Under the pieces are notes generated by a model. The model saw nothing but the letters and a program-made list of their open reading frames with translations, did not search any database and was not told the origin of the DNA. Made by a program: the position numbers and the translations under genes. This document shows positions 28,652-38,050 of a stretch of DNA of 64,000 nucleotides, in pieces (position 1 is the stretch's first letter; the number at the start of each line of letters is the position of its first letter). This stretch comes from Methanothrix sp. (lineage in GTDB: Archaea > Halobacteriota > Methanosarcinia > Methanotrichales > Methanotrichaceae), in contig OY821645.1 of assembly GCA_963682135.1 (NCBI GenBank), positions 1,664,001-1,728,000 on the forward strand, given 5' to 3'.

Positions 28652-29206
28652 ATGGAGACAGAGATTCCAGTGCGAGATATCATGACCAGGCCAGTGATCA
28701 CAGCTGATGCCGAGCTGGACATTTTAAGCGCCGCCAAGAAGATGAGCTCGGCCAACGTGGGCAGTTTGATCATAGTGTCCGGCAACAAGCCCACCGGTAT
28801 TCTGACGGAAAGGGATCTGGTAAAGAAGGTCTTAGCCCAGGGAACAGATCCCAGAAGTTTAAAGGTGGCAGAGATCATGAGCTCTCCCGTAGTCTCCATC
28901 GAACCTGATGCCAGCCTGCGCGAAGCTGCTGCCTTGATGCTTCGCTCCGGTGTAAAGCGACTGCCAGTGATCTTCCAGGGAAAGCTCGTGGGTATAATTA
29001 CAGATACGGATCTTGTCTCTGGTTCCTCCCTCGGTTTGAACGAGATCTTAAGCGATCTTTTGGAAATGCACAAAGAGAGCATCCATTTTGATCAGCCCCG
29101 AGGTGTAGTACGCGGAATCTGTGAGGTTTGCAGCCAGCTCTCCGACAATCTGGAGAGCGTGGATGGAGAGTTGCTCTGCTGGAGTTGCAGGGACGGAAAA
29201 AGGTAA
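28652..29206 (+). CDS. CBS-pair protein with C-terminal Zn ribbon
   Basis: One CBS pair (GILTERD, GIITDTD) plus CEVC...CWSC. Confidence 0.92.
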   Translation: METEIPVRDIMTRPVITADAELDILSAAKKMSSANVGSLIIVSGNKPTGILTERDLVKKVLAQGTDPRSLKVAEIMSSPVVSIEPDASLREAAALMLRSGVKRLPVIFQGKLVGIITDTDLVSGSSLGLNEILSDLLEMHKESIHFDQPRGVVRGICEVCSQLSDNLESVDGELLCWSCRDGKR

Positions 29207-29242
29207 GAAATACCATTATTGCTGAACCGCAGGGGAGTAATA

Positions 29243-30019
29243 ATGTTAGTAGAAGATATTTTGTCTAGAGATCCTCTATACGTCGAGGATTCCACTTTTC
29301 TGACTAAGGCACGTCAGATAATCCGAGACAACCATGTGCGCGCACTGCCGGTTGTGAATAGCAAAGGCATAGTCCTGGGAATTGTAACCAACCAGGACAT
29401 GCTGCGCGTGACCTCGACCAAGTCCAATGTGACTGTATCAGGCTATGTGCTAAAGGTTCCTACTGTAACAAGGCAGATGGATATCTTTGATGCCGCCCGG
29501 CTCATGCTCAAAGAGAAGATAACTCTGCTTCCTGTTGTCGAGTCAGAGGAGAAGCCCGCGCTAAAGGGGGTTGTCAGCCTCTTGGACGTGTTTAAGAATA
29601 TCGATTTAGATAAGGTGCCGGATAAGCCGGTATCAGGGATTATGACCAGCAAAGTTGTAACCACCCGCCCCGATGATCACGTAACCAAGATCTGGGATCT
29701 GATGATCGAGAAAGACTTCACAGGTCTTCCGGTGGTCAAGGACGGCAAGCTCATAGGAATGATCACCAGATTTGATCTGCTGAAAGGAACGGCCAGGATC
29801 GGCAAGGAGAGTGAGAGAAGACCGGCGGACTCGATGCAGGTGCCTGTAGAGAAATTTATGAGTTCGCCTTTGTTTAGCGTAAAGCCGGAAGATAGTGTGA
29901 GAGCTGCCATTCAGCTGATGCTCAAACACGACGTGGGCCGAATGTCTGTAGTGGACGAAGGAAAGCTCGTGGGAATTGTGGATAGAAACGATCTGATCAA
30001 AAGCTACCTTGGTGAATAG
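29243..30019 (+). CDS. CBS-only protein (4 CBS)
   Basis: LPVV..GIVTNQD, GVVSLLD, GMITRFD, GIVDRND. Confidence 0.92.
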   Translation: MLVEDILSRDPLYVEDSTFLTKARQIIRDNHVRALPVVNSKGIVLGIVTNQDMLRVTSTKSNVTVSGYVLKVPTVTRQMDIFDAARLMLKEKITLLPVVESEEKPALKGVVSLLDVFKNIDLDKVPDKPVSGIMTSKVVTTRPDDHVTKIWDLMIEKDFTGLPVVKDGKLIGMITRFDLLKGTARIGKESERRPADSMQVPVEKFMSSPLFSVKPEDSVRAAIQLMLKHDVGRMSVVDEGKLVGIVDRNDLIKSYLGE

Positions 30020-30021
30020 AG

Positions 30022-30999
30022 ATGAGCAAAGGGCCAACAACGGGAAAAGAAGTAACAAGGATTCCGCAAAAGAACGATCGCATGCCTGTAGCCCCTGGAT
30101 CGGGTGATCGAGGACCTTTACAATTCGACTCCCGGCTCGCCAAACGGGCGAGCGATGTGGTGGGTGTAGCCTCGCCTGATGTTGTCACCGTTCCGCCCAC
30201 TACTACCATCATGAGCGCCATAAAGACCATGACCTTCTATGGCTTCTCCCGGCTTCCCATCGCGGATCCGGGTACTAAGAGGCTGATTGGCTTTGTGACC
30301 TCAGTGGATGTGGTGGACTTTCTGGGCGGGGGACTGCGGCACAATCTCTTGCGAGAGAAATATGGTGGAAACATCTTCACCGCCATAAATGCCGATATCA
30401 CTGAGATCATGAGCACGCGCCTCACCTACGCCAGCGACAAAGCCTCTTTAAATGACGTTTTGAAGCTGATGTATGAGAAGAACGTGGGCGGCCTTCCCAT
30501 TTGCGATGAGGATATTCGCATCAAGGCCATAATTACCGAAGAGGACTTTGTACGCTTTTGCCGAGGCCTGGAGACCGGCCTTGCCGTAGAAGCCTTCATG
30601 AGCCCCCATGTGGTGACGGCACCGGCTCAAACCACCATAGAGAAGATGACCAGGATGATCATCCAAAAGGGATTCCGTCGCATGCCGGTAGTACAGGATG
30701 GAGTTCTCATGGGCATGGTCACGGCATCGGATATAATGAAATATATGGGTAGTGGAGATGCTTTTGAAAAGGTGGTTACCGGAGACATCGGGGAAGTAAT
30801 GAATCAGCCCATCAAGATCCTGATCAAGAGAGGCCTGCTTGCTACGGAGATGAAAGCTGACCTGGGCCACGCGGCCAGGAAGATGATGGACAATGAGATC
30901 GGATCTTTGCCTGTTATGGACAAGGGATCATTGGTAGGCATTCTAACAGAAAGAGACTACGTGAGGGCATTAGCCGAGAACAGAGGAATTCTAGCATGA
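30022..30999 (+). CDS. CBS-only protein (4 CBS, MJ1225-like)
   Basis: GFSRLPIADPG..GFVTSVD.VDFLGGG, GFRRMPVV, GILTERD. Confidence 0.92.
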   Translation: MSKGPTTGKEVTRIPQKNDRMPVAPGSGDRGPLQFDSRLAKRASDVVGVASPDVVTVPPTTTIMSAIKTMTFYGFSRLPIADPGTKRLIGFVTSVDVVDFLGGGLRHNLLREKYGGNIFTAINADITEIMSTRLTYASDKASLNDVLKLMYEKNVGGLPICDEDIRIKAIITEEDFVRFCRGLETGLAVEAFMSPHVVTAPAQTTIEKMTRMIIQKGFRRMPVVQDGVLMGMVTASDIMKYMGSGDAFEKVVTGDIGEVMNQPIKILIKRGLLATEMKADLGHAARKMMDNEIGSLPVMDKGSLVGILTERDYVRALAENRGILA

Positions 31000-31856
31000 T
31001 AATAAAGAAAGTCAGAGATTACATGAGTGCTCCCATTTACGTCATTGAGCGAAATGAGAACATTCAAAGAGCCAGGAATCTGATGTTCAAGTACTCCATT
31101 GGCAGATTGCCTGTTATGGACGAAGGCAAGCTAGCGGGCATCGTCACCAAGTATGACATTACCAACCGACTCAATCAGGCAGCTCCGGAGTGGCGCAGAA
31201 GGCCTATCGACAAAGTACCCATCCATGTGGTAATGACTGAGAAGCCCCTCACCATATTCCCAGATGCCACCATGCCCCAGGCGGCAGAACTTCTCATAGA
31301 AAACGGAATCTCCGGCTTACCGGTTGAACGCGATGGAGAGATTGTGGGCATGATCACATCTCGGGATATAATGAAGTACTTCTCAGAGCAGGATCTCAAA
31401 GCGACGGTAGGAGACATGATGAGCAAGAATATCCTTCGTGTACACCGCCACCATACCATCGGCCACGTCCTGGAAGAGATGAATGTGCAGGGCCAGAGCC
31501 GAGCCCTGGTCTATGAAGACAACACTACTCCCGTGGGCATTGTGACCCGTTCCGGTCTTACCTTTTCCGAGCTAATGGGTCCTAAAGATGAGATGGAGAC
31601 CAAGAACATCAAGATGACCCGAAAGGATAGTACCGCCGGCAGAAAGCAGTATCGCTACGTAAAGCAGATGCCTTTTGTAGCAGAGGACATCATGACGGCG
31701 CCCATTTTTACTATCGGCTCGGATATGAAGGCCGTACAAGCGAGCCAGACCCTGGTGGAAAAGAACATTATTGGCATGCCGGTGATGGACCAGAATGAAG
31801 TGGTTGGCTACTTCTCTGCCGATGAGATCATCGCAGAGGTTGGGAGGTGGAAGTAA
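30996..31856 (+). CDS. CBS-only protein (4 CBS)
   Basis: GIVTKYD, PEWRRRPID, GMITSRD; ATGA overlap with the previous gene. Confidence 0.92.
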   Translation: MIIKKVRDYMSAPIYVIERNENIQRARNLMFKYSIGRLPVMDEGKLAGIVTKYDITNRLNQAAPEWRRRPIDKVPIHVVMTEKPLTIFPDATMPQAAELLIENGISGLPVERDGEIVGMITSRDIMKYFSEQDLKATVGDMMSKNILRVHRHHTIGHVLEEMNVQGQSRALVYEDNTTPVGIVTRSGLTFSELMGPKDEMETKNIKMTRKDSTAGRKQYRYVKQMPFVAEDIMTAPIFTIGSDMKAVQASQTLVEKNIIGMPVMDQNEVVGYFSADEIIAEVGRWK

Positions 31857-32635
31857 TGCAGGTAAAGGACATCATGAGCAAGCCGGTTACCATCGACAAA
31901 TCAGAGAGACTGGGCCATGCTCTGGATCAGATGGAGAAGAATGATCTTAGAAGGCTTTTGGTCACCAACAGGGACAAGTTGGGTGGCATAATCACCATGA
32001 GACAGATTGCTCGCGTTTTAGGAACGCGAAAATCTCTGGGAATGCCTGCCTCCTCTCTGCATGTGGCATCTGCCACCATGGACGCCGTAATCAAGGTACT
32101 CCCCGATATGGATGTGCAAAATGCCATGCTTCTCTTGCAGAAGACCGGCGTTCTGGCGGTAATGGATGGCGAGAAGGTCCTAGGCTGGGTTCGTCCCAGA
32201 GAGATATTGGCGACTGTAAATGTAAGCGGCATGGCAGCCGATGCCATGCGTTATCCTCTCACCTGCAACCCTAATGATCGGCTGGTTCACGCCCGGCGTA
32301 TGATGCTTGATAGAGGCGTAGGAAGGCTTCCCGTGGTTGAGAGCGGCCGACTGGTGGGTATAATATCAGAACGGGATGTGGCCAAGTCTCTACGTGCCTT
32401 CCGGGATCTGAACGATACTGCCAGCAAGCAATACGCACGCATCTACAATATCCTGGTATCAGATGTGATGACTCATGAAGTGAAGTACGTCTATGCCGAC
32501 ACGCCTCTGGAGGAGGTCAAGAAGATCATTCTCTCTGAGAACAGAGGCGGCCTGCCCGTTCTCAGTCGAAGAGATGAGGTTGTAGGCATGATCACCAGGA
32601 GGTCCGTCTTGGATTATCTGGTGAGGACCGGATGA
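31847..32635 (+). CDS. CBS-only protein (4 CBS)
   Basis: LVHARRMM, GRLPVVE..GIISERD, GMITRRS. Confidence 0.92.
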   Translation: MEVMQVKDIMSKPVTIDKSERLGHALDQMEKNDLRRLLVTNRDKLGGIITMRQIARVLGTRKSLGMPASSLHVASATMDAVIKVLPDMDVQNAMLLLQKTGVLAVMDGEKVLGWVRPREILATVNVSGMAADAMRYPLTCNPNDRLVHARRMMLDRGVGRLPVVESGRLVGIISERDVAKSLRAFRDLNDTASKQYARIYNILVSDVMTHEVKYVYADTPLEEVKKIILSENRGGLPVLSRRDEVVGMITRRSVLDYLVRTG

Positions 32636-33753
32636 ATCTGGCAAGAGTTGCACAGAGACTAGGAATAACGGAGAGCAGGCTACAAGGCCTGCAAGAGACC
32701 ATAATCAGAGAATCCGCCTGGCCCGAGCCTCGTTTGCTCCGCTTCGAAAAAGAGTCATCGGGGATCGAGGCCGGGACAGCTATTTTTGAAAATGGCGAGA
32801 TCGTTTTTGGCTATCCCAAGATCCGCCGCCCCCTCATGCTCGCCGCGGCAATAAAACGGCATTTTCCCGAAACGGTGGCTGTCGAGGAGAAGATGAACGG
32901 CCATAATGTGCGCATCCTATCTCTAAACGGTGAGATTGTGGCCCTCACCAGAGGCGGGTTTATCTGCCCATATTCTACGGAAGTAGCACGCCAGAAGATA
33001 CCTGAGATAGTATTCGAGAAACATCCCCAAAGGGTTTTATGCGGAGAAATGGTGGGCCCGGAAAATCCCTATGTAGTCAGCAACATCTATCCTACGGACA
33101 GCATTGAATTCTACCTCTTCGATATAGCCGAAAAGAACTGCAAAGGAACTTTAGGCGTGCATAGGACGCATGAGGTGGCAGAGGAGTTCGGCCTGCGGTC
33201 TGCGGCTTTCCTGGGCGAGTTTCATAAGGAGAGCGCTGCCGAGAAGATCAAAGAGATTGTGATCAAGCTTGGTAGACAGGGACGCGAGGGGGTGGTGATG
33301 AAAGACCCGGAAAACCTTGTGCCGCCGCTAAAGTATACCAGCTCCAGGACCAATTGCAGTGACCTGGCTGTGGCCTTTCGCTACTACAATGACTATGCTC
33401 TGGACTTCTTTGTCTCCCGGGCAGTGCGAGAGGGCTATCAGAGCGTGGAGTGGAAAGAGACGGAAGATGAGAGACGAGCCAGGGCTCTGTCTTTGGGAGA
33501 GAGCATACTCATGCCTTTAGTTGATACCATTGAAAGGGCTCAGCAAGGCGAAAATATTGTGCAGAAGGTGCAGATCCGGGTGAAAAACCTGCAGACAGCC
33601 AGGGATTTCGAGTATCACCTGCGAAGAAGCGGCATTCGCACCATCTTCGGGCCACCCGAGCCCGACGACGACGGCTATCTGATACGAATAACCAAGCTGA
33701 TCATGAGCACAAACGATAAAACCCAGGCGCTCCTGAATGGGGAAATGTGGTAG
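32632..33753 (+). CDS. ATP-dependent RNA ligase (archaeal Rnl3/Pab1020 family)
   Basis: GYPKIRR, motif I EEKMNGHNVR, TRGGFICP, GEMVGPENPY, FDI, REGVVMK, LKYT. Confidence 0.92.
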   Translation: MNLARVAQRLGITESRLQGLQETIIRESAWPEPRLLRFEKESSGIEAGTAIFENGEIVFGYPKIRRPLMLAAAIKRHFPETVAVEEKMNGHNVRILSLNGEIVALTRGGFICPYSTEVARQKIPEIVFEKHPQRVLCGEMVGPENPYVVSNIYPTDSIEFYLFDIAEKNCKGTLGVHRTHEVAEEFGLRSAAFLGEFHKESAAEKIKEIVIKLGRQGREGVVMKDPENLVPPLKYTSSRTNCSDLAVAFRYYNDYALDFFVSRAVREGYQSVEWKETEDERRARALSLGESILMPLVDTIERAQQGENIVQKVQIRVKNLQTARDFEYHLRRSGIRTIFGPPEPDDDGYLIRITKLIMSTNDKTQALLNGEMW

Positions 33754-33766
33754 AAGGCCAAAGCTT

Positions 33767-35020
33767 ATGAGCGAAATTGCAGATATCGAGATGCAGGGCC
33801 ATCTCATCGACTCGCAGATGCTGACAAGGGTCTTAGACAAGATCATGGATATGGGCGGCGAGTTTGAGATCAAGAACTTTCAGATAGGCCAGAAGAAGAA
33901 CGACAGCAGTTACGTACAGATCACCGTCACCGGCGAGGATGCGGCCCATTTGGACAGAATCCTGCTGGAGCTGCACGCCCTGGGGGCACGCCTCGTCGAG
34001 ATGGAGGATGTCAAAACCGGTATTGCTCCCGGCGATATGGTCGTTCCCCGGGGCTTTTACTCCACCACCAATCACCCCACCTATGTGCGCTATCAAGGGA
34101 CCTGGGTAGAGGTGGAGCACAACCACATGGACTGCCTGATCGTGCTGCAAGATGGGCGGGCGGTATGCACTCCCATCGGCCATATCAAGAAGGGCGAACG
34201 TGTGGTCATCGGCACCAGCGGTGTCAAGGTCGTGCCGCCCGAGCGTCCCCGCGAGAAGACTTTCTTCGGCTTTATGTCCAATGAGGTCAGCTCTGAGCGG
34301 CCCAGCGGAGAGCTGGTGCGCCAGCTGGCCGGCGAGATCGTGCGCACCAAGAAGGCGGGCGGAAAGATTGCCGTGGTCTGCGGTCCGGCTGTGGTTCACA
34401 CCGGCGCAGCACCATCGCTCGCCCGGCTCATCCGGGAAGGCTATGTGGATGTACTTTTAGCAGGAAACGCTGTAGCCGTGCACGACATCGAGCGGCAGCT
34501 CTTCGGCACCAGTCTGGGCATGAATTGCTCGGGAAATGCCATCTCCGGAGGGCATCGAAATCACCTCTACGCCATCAGCGAGATTATGGCCAGCGGCTCC
34601 ATCAAGAACGCCATTGCAGAAGGAAAGCTCAAAGGAGGCATCATGTATGAGGCTACCCAAAAAGGCATAACCTACATTCTGGCCGGCTCCATTCGCGATG
34701 ATGGGCCTCTGCCCGAGGTAATCACAGACACGGCCAACGCCAAGAACGCCATGGACCATGCTCTGCGGGGCGTGGACATGACCATAATGCTGGGCACCAT
34801 GCTGCACTCCATAGCTGTGGGCAACTTGCTGCCTTCCTTCGTCAAAACCATCTGCGTGGATATCAATCCATCAACTGTGACCAAGCTTATGGACCGGGGT
34901 TCGGCCCAGGCCATCGGCCTCGTTACGGATATCGGCATATTCCTGCCCCAGCTGGCCGAAGAGATCGAGAAGCAGAAGAACGGGCCGGATGAGAAGCCCT
35001 GCGAGGATCGCAAAACTTAA
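33767..35020 (+). CDS. TIGR00300 / LOR-SDH-related protein (putative ornithine cyclodeaminase)
   Basis: GHLIDS, FYSTTNHPT, FMSNEVSSER, GPAVVHTG, LAGSIRDDGPLP, KLMDRGSAQA. Confidence 0.88.
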   Translation: MSEIADIEMQGHLIDSQMLTRVLDKIMDMGGEFEIKNFQIGQKKNDSSYVQITVTGEDAAHLDRILLELHALGARLVEMEDVKTGIAPGDMVVPRGFYSTTNHPTYVRYQGTWVEVEHNHMDCLIVLQDGRAVCTPIGHIKKGERVVIGTSGVKVVPPERPREKTFFGFMSNEVSSERPSGELVRQLAGEIVRTKKAGGKIAVVCGPAVVHTGAAPSLARLIREGYVDVLLAGNAVAVHDIERQLFGTSLGMNCSGNAISGGHRNHLYAISEIMASGSIKNAIAEGKLKGGIMYEATQKGITYILAGSIRDDGPLPEVITDTANAKNAMDHALRGVDMTIMLGTMLHSIAVGNLLPSFVKTICVDINPSTVTKLMDRGSAQAIGLVTDIGIFLPQLAEEIEKQKNGPDEKPCEDRKT

Positions 35021-35056
35021 ATTCGCATGGGTCTGTGGTTTTCTGGTTTTTTTGGG

Positions 35057-35131
35057 GCCGCCGTGGCTTAGCCCGGTTAAAGCGGCTGATTCGTAATCAG
35101 CAGTTCATGGGTTCGAATCCCATCGGCGGCT
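35057..35131 (+). tRNA. tRNA-Thr(CGT)
   Basis: Acceptor stem GCCGCCG/CGGCGGC; anticodon arm GCTGA-TTCGTAA-TCAGC; GGTTCGAATCC. Confidence 0.95.
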
Positions 35132-35222
35132 TTATTCTTTGTATTATCGAATGAATATCCCGACTGCATTCAATAATTGGCGACAGTTAAACCTAAATTC
35201 TAATAATAGTAATGATTTATCC

Positions 35223-36416
35223 ATGCAGATGCAAGCCAAAGCTCTAATTATTATTGCAGTACTCATATGCCTTGGCACTGCAGAAAGTGTTCCCTTCCCG
35301 CCACAATATCCTGAGGAGATTATAACTGTTGGTGCCCTTTTGCCGCTTCATGGCGAGAGCTGCAACTATGGAATATCTGCCCAAATCGCCTTGCAGATAG
35401 CTGAGGCGGACATCAACAAGCTCTTCTCCGACCTGGGCAGAACGAAAAGAGTCCACGTAGTGGTTGAGGACACACAATCAGACCCTGACATAGCCCTGAA
35501 TGCCTTGAAAGCGCTGCAATCCCTTGGAATAAAGATCATAATAGGGCCGGAGCAGAGTCAGGAATTAGCCAATGTGCGCGAATATGCCGATCAAAATGAA
35601 ATCATCCTGATAAGCTGTGCCAGCACAGCGCCTTCTCTTGCCATCAGAAACGACACGACCTTCAGGCTCGTGCCTGATGATGACACTCTAGCACACTCAC
35701 TGGCATTTTTGATGCAAAGAGACGGCATAAAGACACTGATTCCGCTGGCTCGAAGAGACCTTTGGGCCGATGGTATGCTCAATGCCACCAAATGCGAGTT
35801 TAAGGGAGAAGACAGAGTAATGCGAGAAGCGGTACGCTACGCTCCTCAGACCACGAACTTCTCAAGCCAACTAAACCTCCTGCGCTCAGAGGTAAGAGAT
35901 GCAGTCGAAGGCAACGGAGCGAACTATGTGGCCGTCTATGTGTCAGCATTCGACGAAATCGTCACCATCCTATCGCAGGCATCCGGCGATCCCGTGCTCA
36001 CTTCGGTCAGATGGTATGGCAACGACCTTACCAACGCGGCAATAAGTCAGAATAAGACAGCAGCAGAATTTGCGCATTCCGTGCATCTCCTCTCACCGGT
36101 AATTGGCGGAACATGCGGACCCAAATATGAACAGATCAAGAAAGCAATCTTCAATGAAACCGGACGCGAAGCCAGTTCCTTGGTAGCCAACGATTATGAT
36201 GCACTCTGGCTTATTACCTATACCTGCTTATTGACAGGCTCCGATGATACAGGAGCATTCAAACTGACATTTCCCGTGGTTGCAGAAAGATATCGAGGCG
36301 AATTTGGATGGATGAAACTGAATGAAGCTGGGGATTTGGAAAATGTACCTTACACCATAGCCAATCTAAAGAAGGATAATGATACCTTCCAGTGGGTGCC
36401 CTACGCGATTCTGTAG
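35223..36416 (+). CDS. Secreted LivJ-type (class I PBP) substrate-binding protein, orphan
   Basis: Signal ALIIIAVLICLGTA; VGALLPLHG, VEDTQSDP, IIIGP, STAPSL, FRLVPDD, YDALWL. Confidence 0.85.
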   Translation: MQMQAKALIIIAVLICLGTAESVPFPPQYPEEIITVGALLPLHGESCNYGISAQIALQIAEADINKLFSDLGRTKRVHVVVEDTQSDPDIALNALKALQSLGIKIIIGPEQSQELANVREYADQNEIILISCASTAPSLAIRNDTTFRLVPDDDTLAHSLAFLMQRDGIKTLIPLARRDLWADGMLNATKCEFKGEDRVMREAVRYAPQTTNFSSQLNLLRSEVRDAVEGNGANYVAVYVSAFDEIVTILSQASGDPVLTSVRWYGNDLTNAAISQNKTAAEFAHSVHLLSPVIGGTCGPKYEQIKKAIFNETGREASSLVANDYDALWLITYTCLLTGSDDTGAFKLTFPVVAERYRGEFGWMKLNEAGDLENVPYTIANLKKDNDTFQWVPYAIL

Positions 36417-36441
36417 CTCAGATCAAAATTTTATAAACATT

Positions 36442-37929
36442 TTATCCGATGATCAGCCTGCCCAGCGTCACCAGGAATAGAGCCATGAGCAGCCATCCTA
36501 CAATGCCCTCCGCAATTCCCAGGTACTTATATCGCCCTCGCAAAGGAAGCCCTTTCGAATTGGCAGTAAAAGCAATTGTGCTGTAGAAGAGAGAAGCTAC
36601 CATTAGCTGGTGGCCGTGGATATCGTGAAAGCCTTCTACCCCCCTGCCGGACCAATAAATGAAGGCGAAAATGAGAATGATCACTAATCCGAAGAAGAGC
36701 GCATACTGAGGACGAACACCATAGCCACAGGTGAGCCACGCCAAAATATCCAATAACTTGGAAAAGCCGATCGGCTTATTGCCCTGATTTAAATATCGAA
36801 GCTCGTAGTAGCATTCATTGGCATCGTTGCTTTGACCCAGGTCCTTATAATTCTTGATCAACGCGAGATAGGCAGCACTATCGAAGCTGATTATATCTCT
36901 GATCTGGCTCCAACTCACCATCAATCTATTTATATCTGCTTTAGCCAGATAGAGACGAGTTGCCTTGCCGAAAGTTGAACCATCAAACACCATTCTGGCA
37001 ATTTTTGTGTTATTCATTTGCAGGTCGCCCTCAAAGGAGGCATTTGACATATCAGTAGGTGAGAGAAATTGCACATTATCGAAATTGGCATCTCTGGAAA
37101 AGAAGGTATCATTGAAGAATACCGGCCCATCGAAATTAGCATTTGAGAAAGTAGCCGTGTCCTCGAAGTAAGCTTGATAAAAGATAGAATCCGCAATAAA
37201 GCGAGATCGTGCGAAACTCGCCGGCCCGAAGAACTGCGTATGAATAAAGCCTACGCCATTTGAATACTTTGTTGCATGAAAATCAGCATTCTTCTCCAGC
37301 CGGGCATTGGAGAAGGTAGCGTAGGTATTAAACTGGCTGCCATAAAAATAGACATCCCCAACACAATTTGTCGATTCAAAGTTGGCATAGGCACCATTGA
37401 ACAGAGAGAAGGCAAACTGAGCATCACTCATAAATGATGCATTATAAAAAGTAGCGAATTTGTCAAACCAGACGCTTTCAAAGTCGGCTGCATTATCGAA
37501 ATAGGCAAAATCAAAATTTCCGCCTTCCTCAAAGCGGGACATATTGAAGATAGCTCCTCCCAGGAAGCGAGTCGCATTGAAATTCGCTGCCGTCATGAAT
37601 TTCGTTTCATTGAAAATAGCACTGCTCTGGAAAGTGGTATTCTCGAAATCCACATCTCCATAAAACGTTGTCCCTTTGCAGCTTACATTATCCATGAATA
37701 CGGAATTGGTTATCTTAATAGGATTATATTGCTGTTTATTTAAATATAGATCGCCTTTGATGATTACTCGGTCAAGGACAATGAGACTATTATTTCCATC
37801 TGCCATAACCTCTTGGGCCGATATCTCCCTTAGATGGATGGATTCCGATGAGGGCAACTCATCACTCGAAACGGCACCGTTCGCGAATACGATTAGAATT
37901 ACCGCCAGCAGGCATATCCTCAGGATCAT
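36442..37929 (-). CDS. Pentapeptide-repeat protein with signal peptide and C-terminal channel-like membrane domain
   Basis: Many (A/V)xFxxxxF repeats; WLTCGYGVRP; TM, SLFYSTIAFT, then AEGIVGWLLMALFLVTL. Confidence 0.85.
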   Translation of the reverse strand: MILRICLLAVILIVFANGAVSSDELPSSESIHLREISAQEVMADGNNSLIVLDRVIIKGDLYLNKQQYNPIKITNSVFMDNVSCKGTTFYGDVDFENTTFQSSAIFNETKFMTAANFNATRFLGGAIFNMSRFEEGGNFDFAYFDNAADFESVWFDKFATFYNASFMSDAQFAFSLFNGAYANFESTNCVGDVYFYGSQFNTYATFSNARLEKNADFHATKYSNGVGFIHTQFFGPASFARSRFIADSIFYQAYFEDTATFSNANFDGPVFFNDTFFSRDANFDNVQFLSPTDMSNASFEGDLQMNNTKIARMVFDGSTFGKATRLYLAKADINRLMVSWSQIRDIISFDSAAYLALIKNYKDLGQSNDANECYYELRYLNQGNKPIGFSKLLDILAWLTCGYGVRPQYALFFGLVIILIFAFIYWSGRGVEGFHDIHGHQLMVASLFYSTIAFTANSKGLPLRGRYKYLGIAEGIVGWLLMALFLVTLGRLIIG

Positions 37930-38050
37930 TCCTTCACTCAAGCCCCAAGCCGCCTTCAAAGTATCTAAACGTTTCCTTATTTTATAATTTTAGTGGAGAA
38001 GAGAAGCTCCACCCTGCGACCTCGATAAGTCAAAAGCAACTATTGTGACA

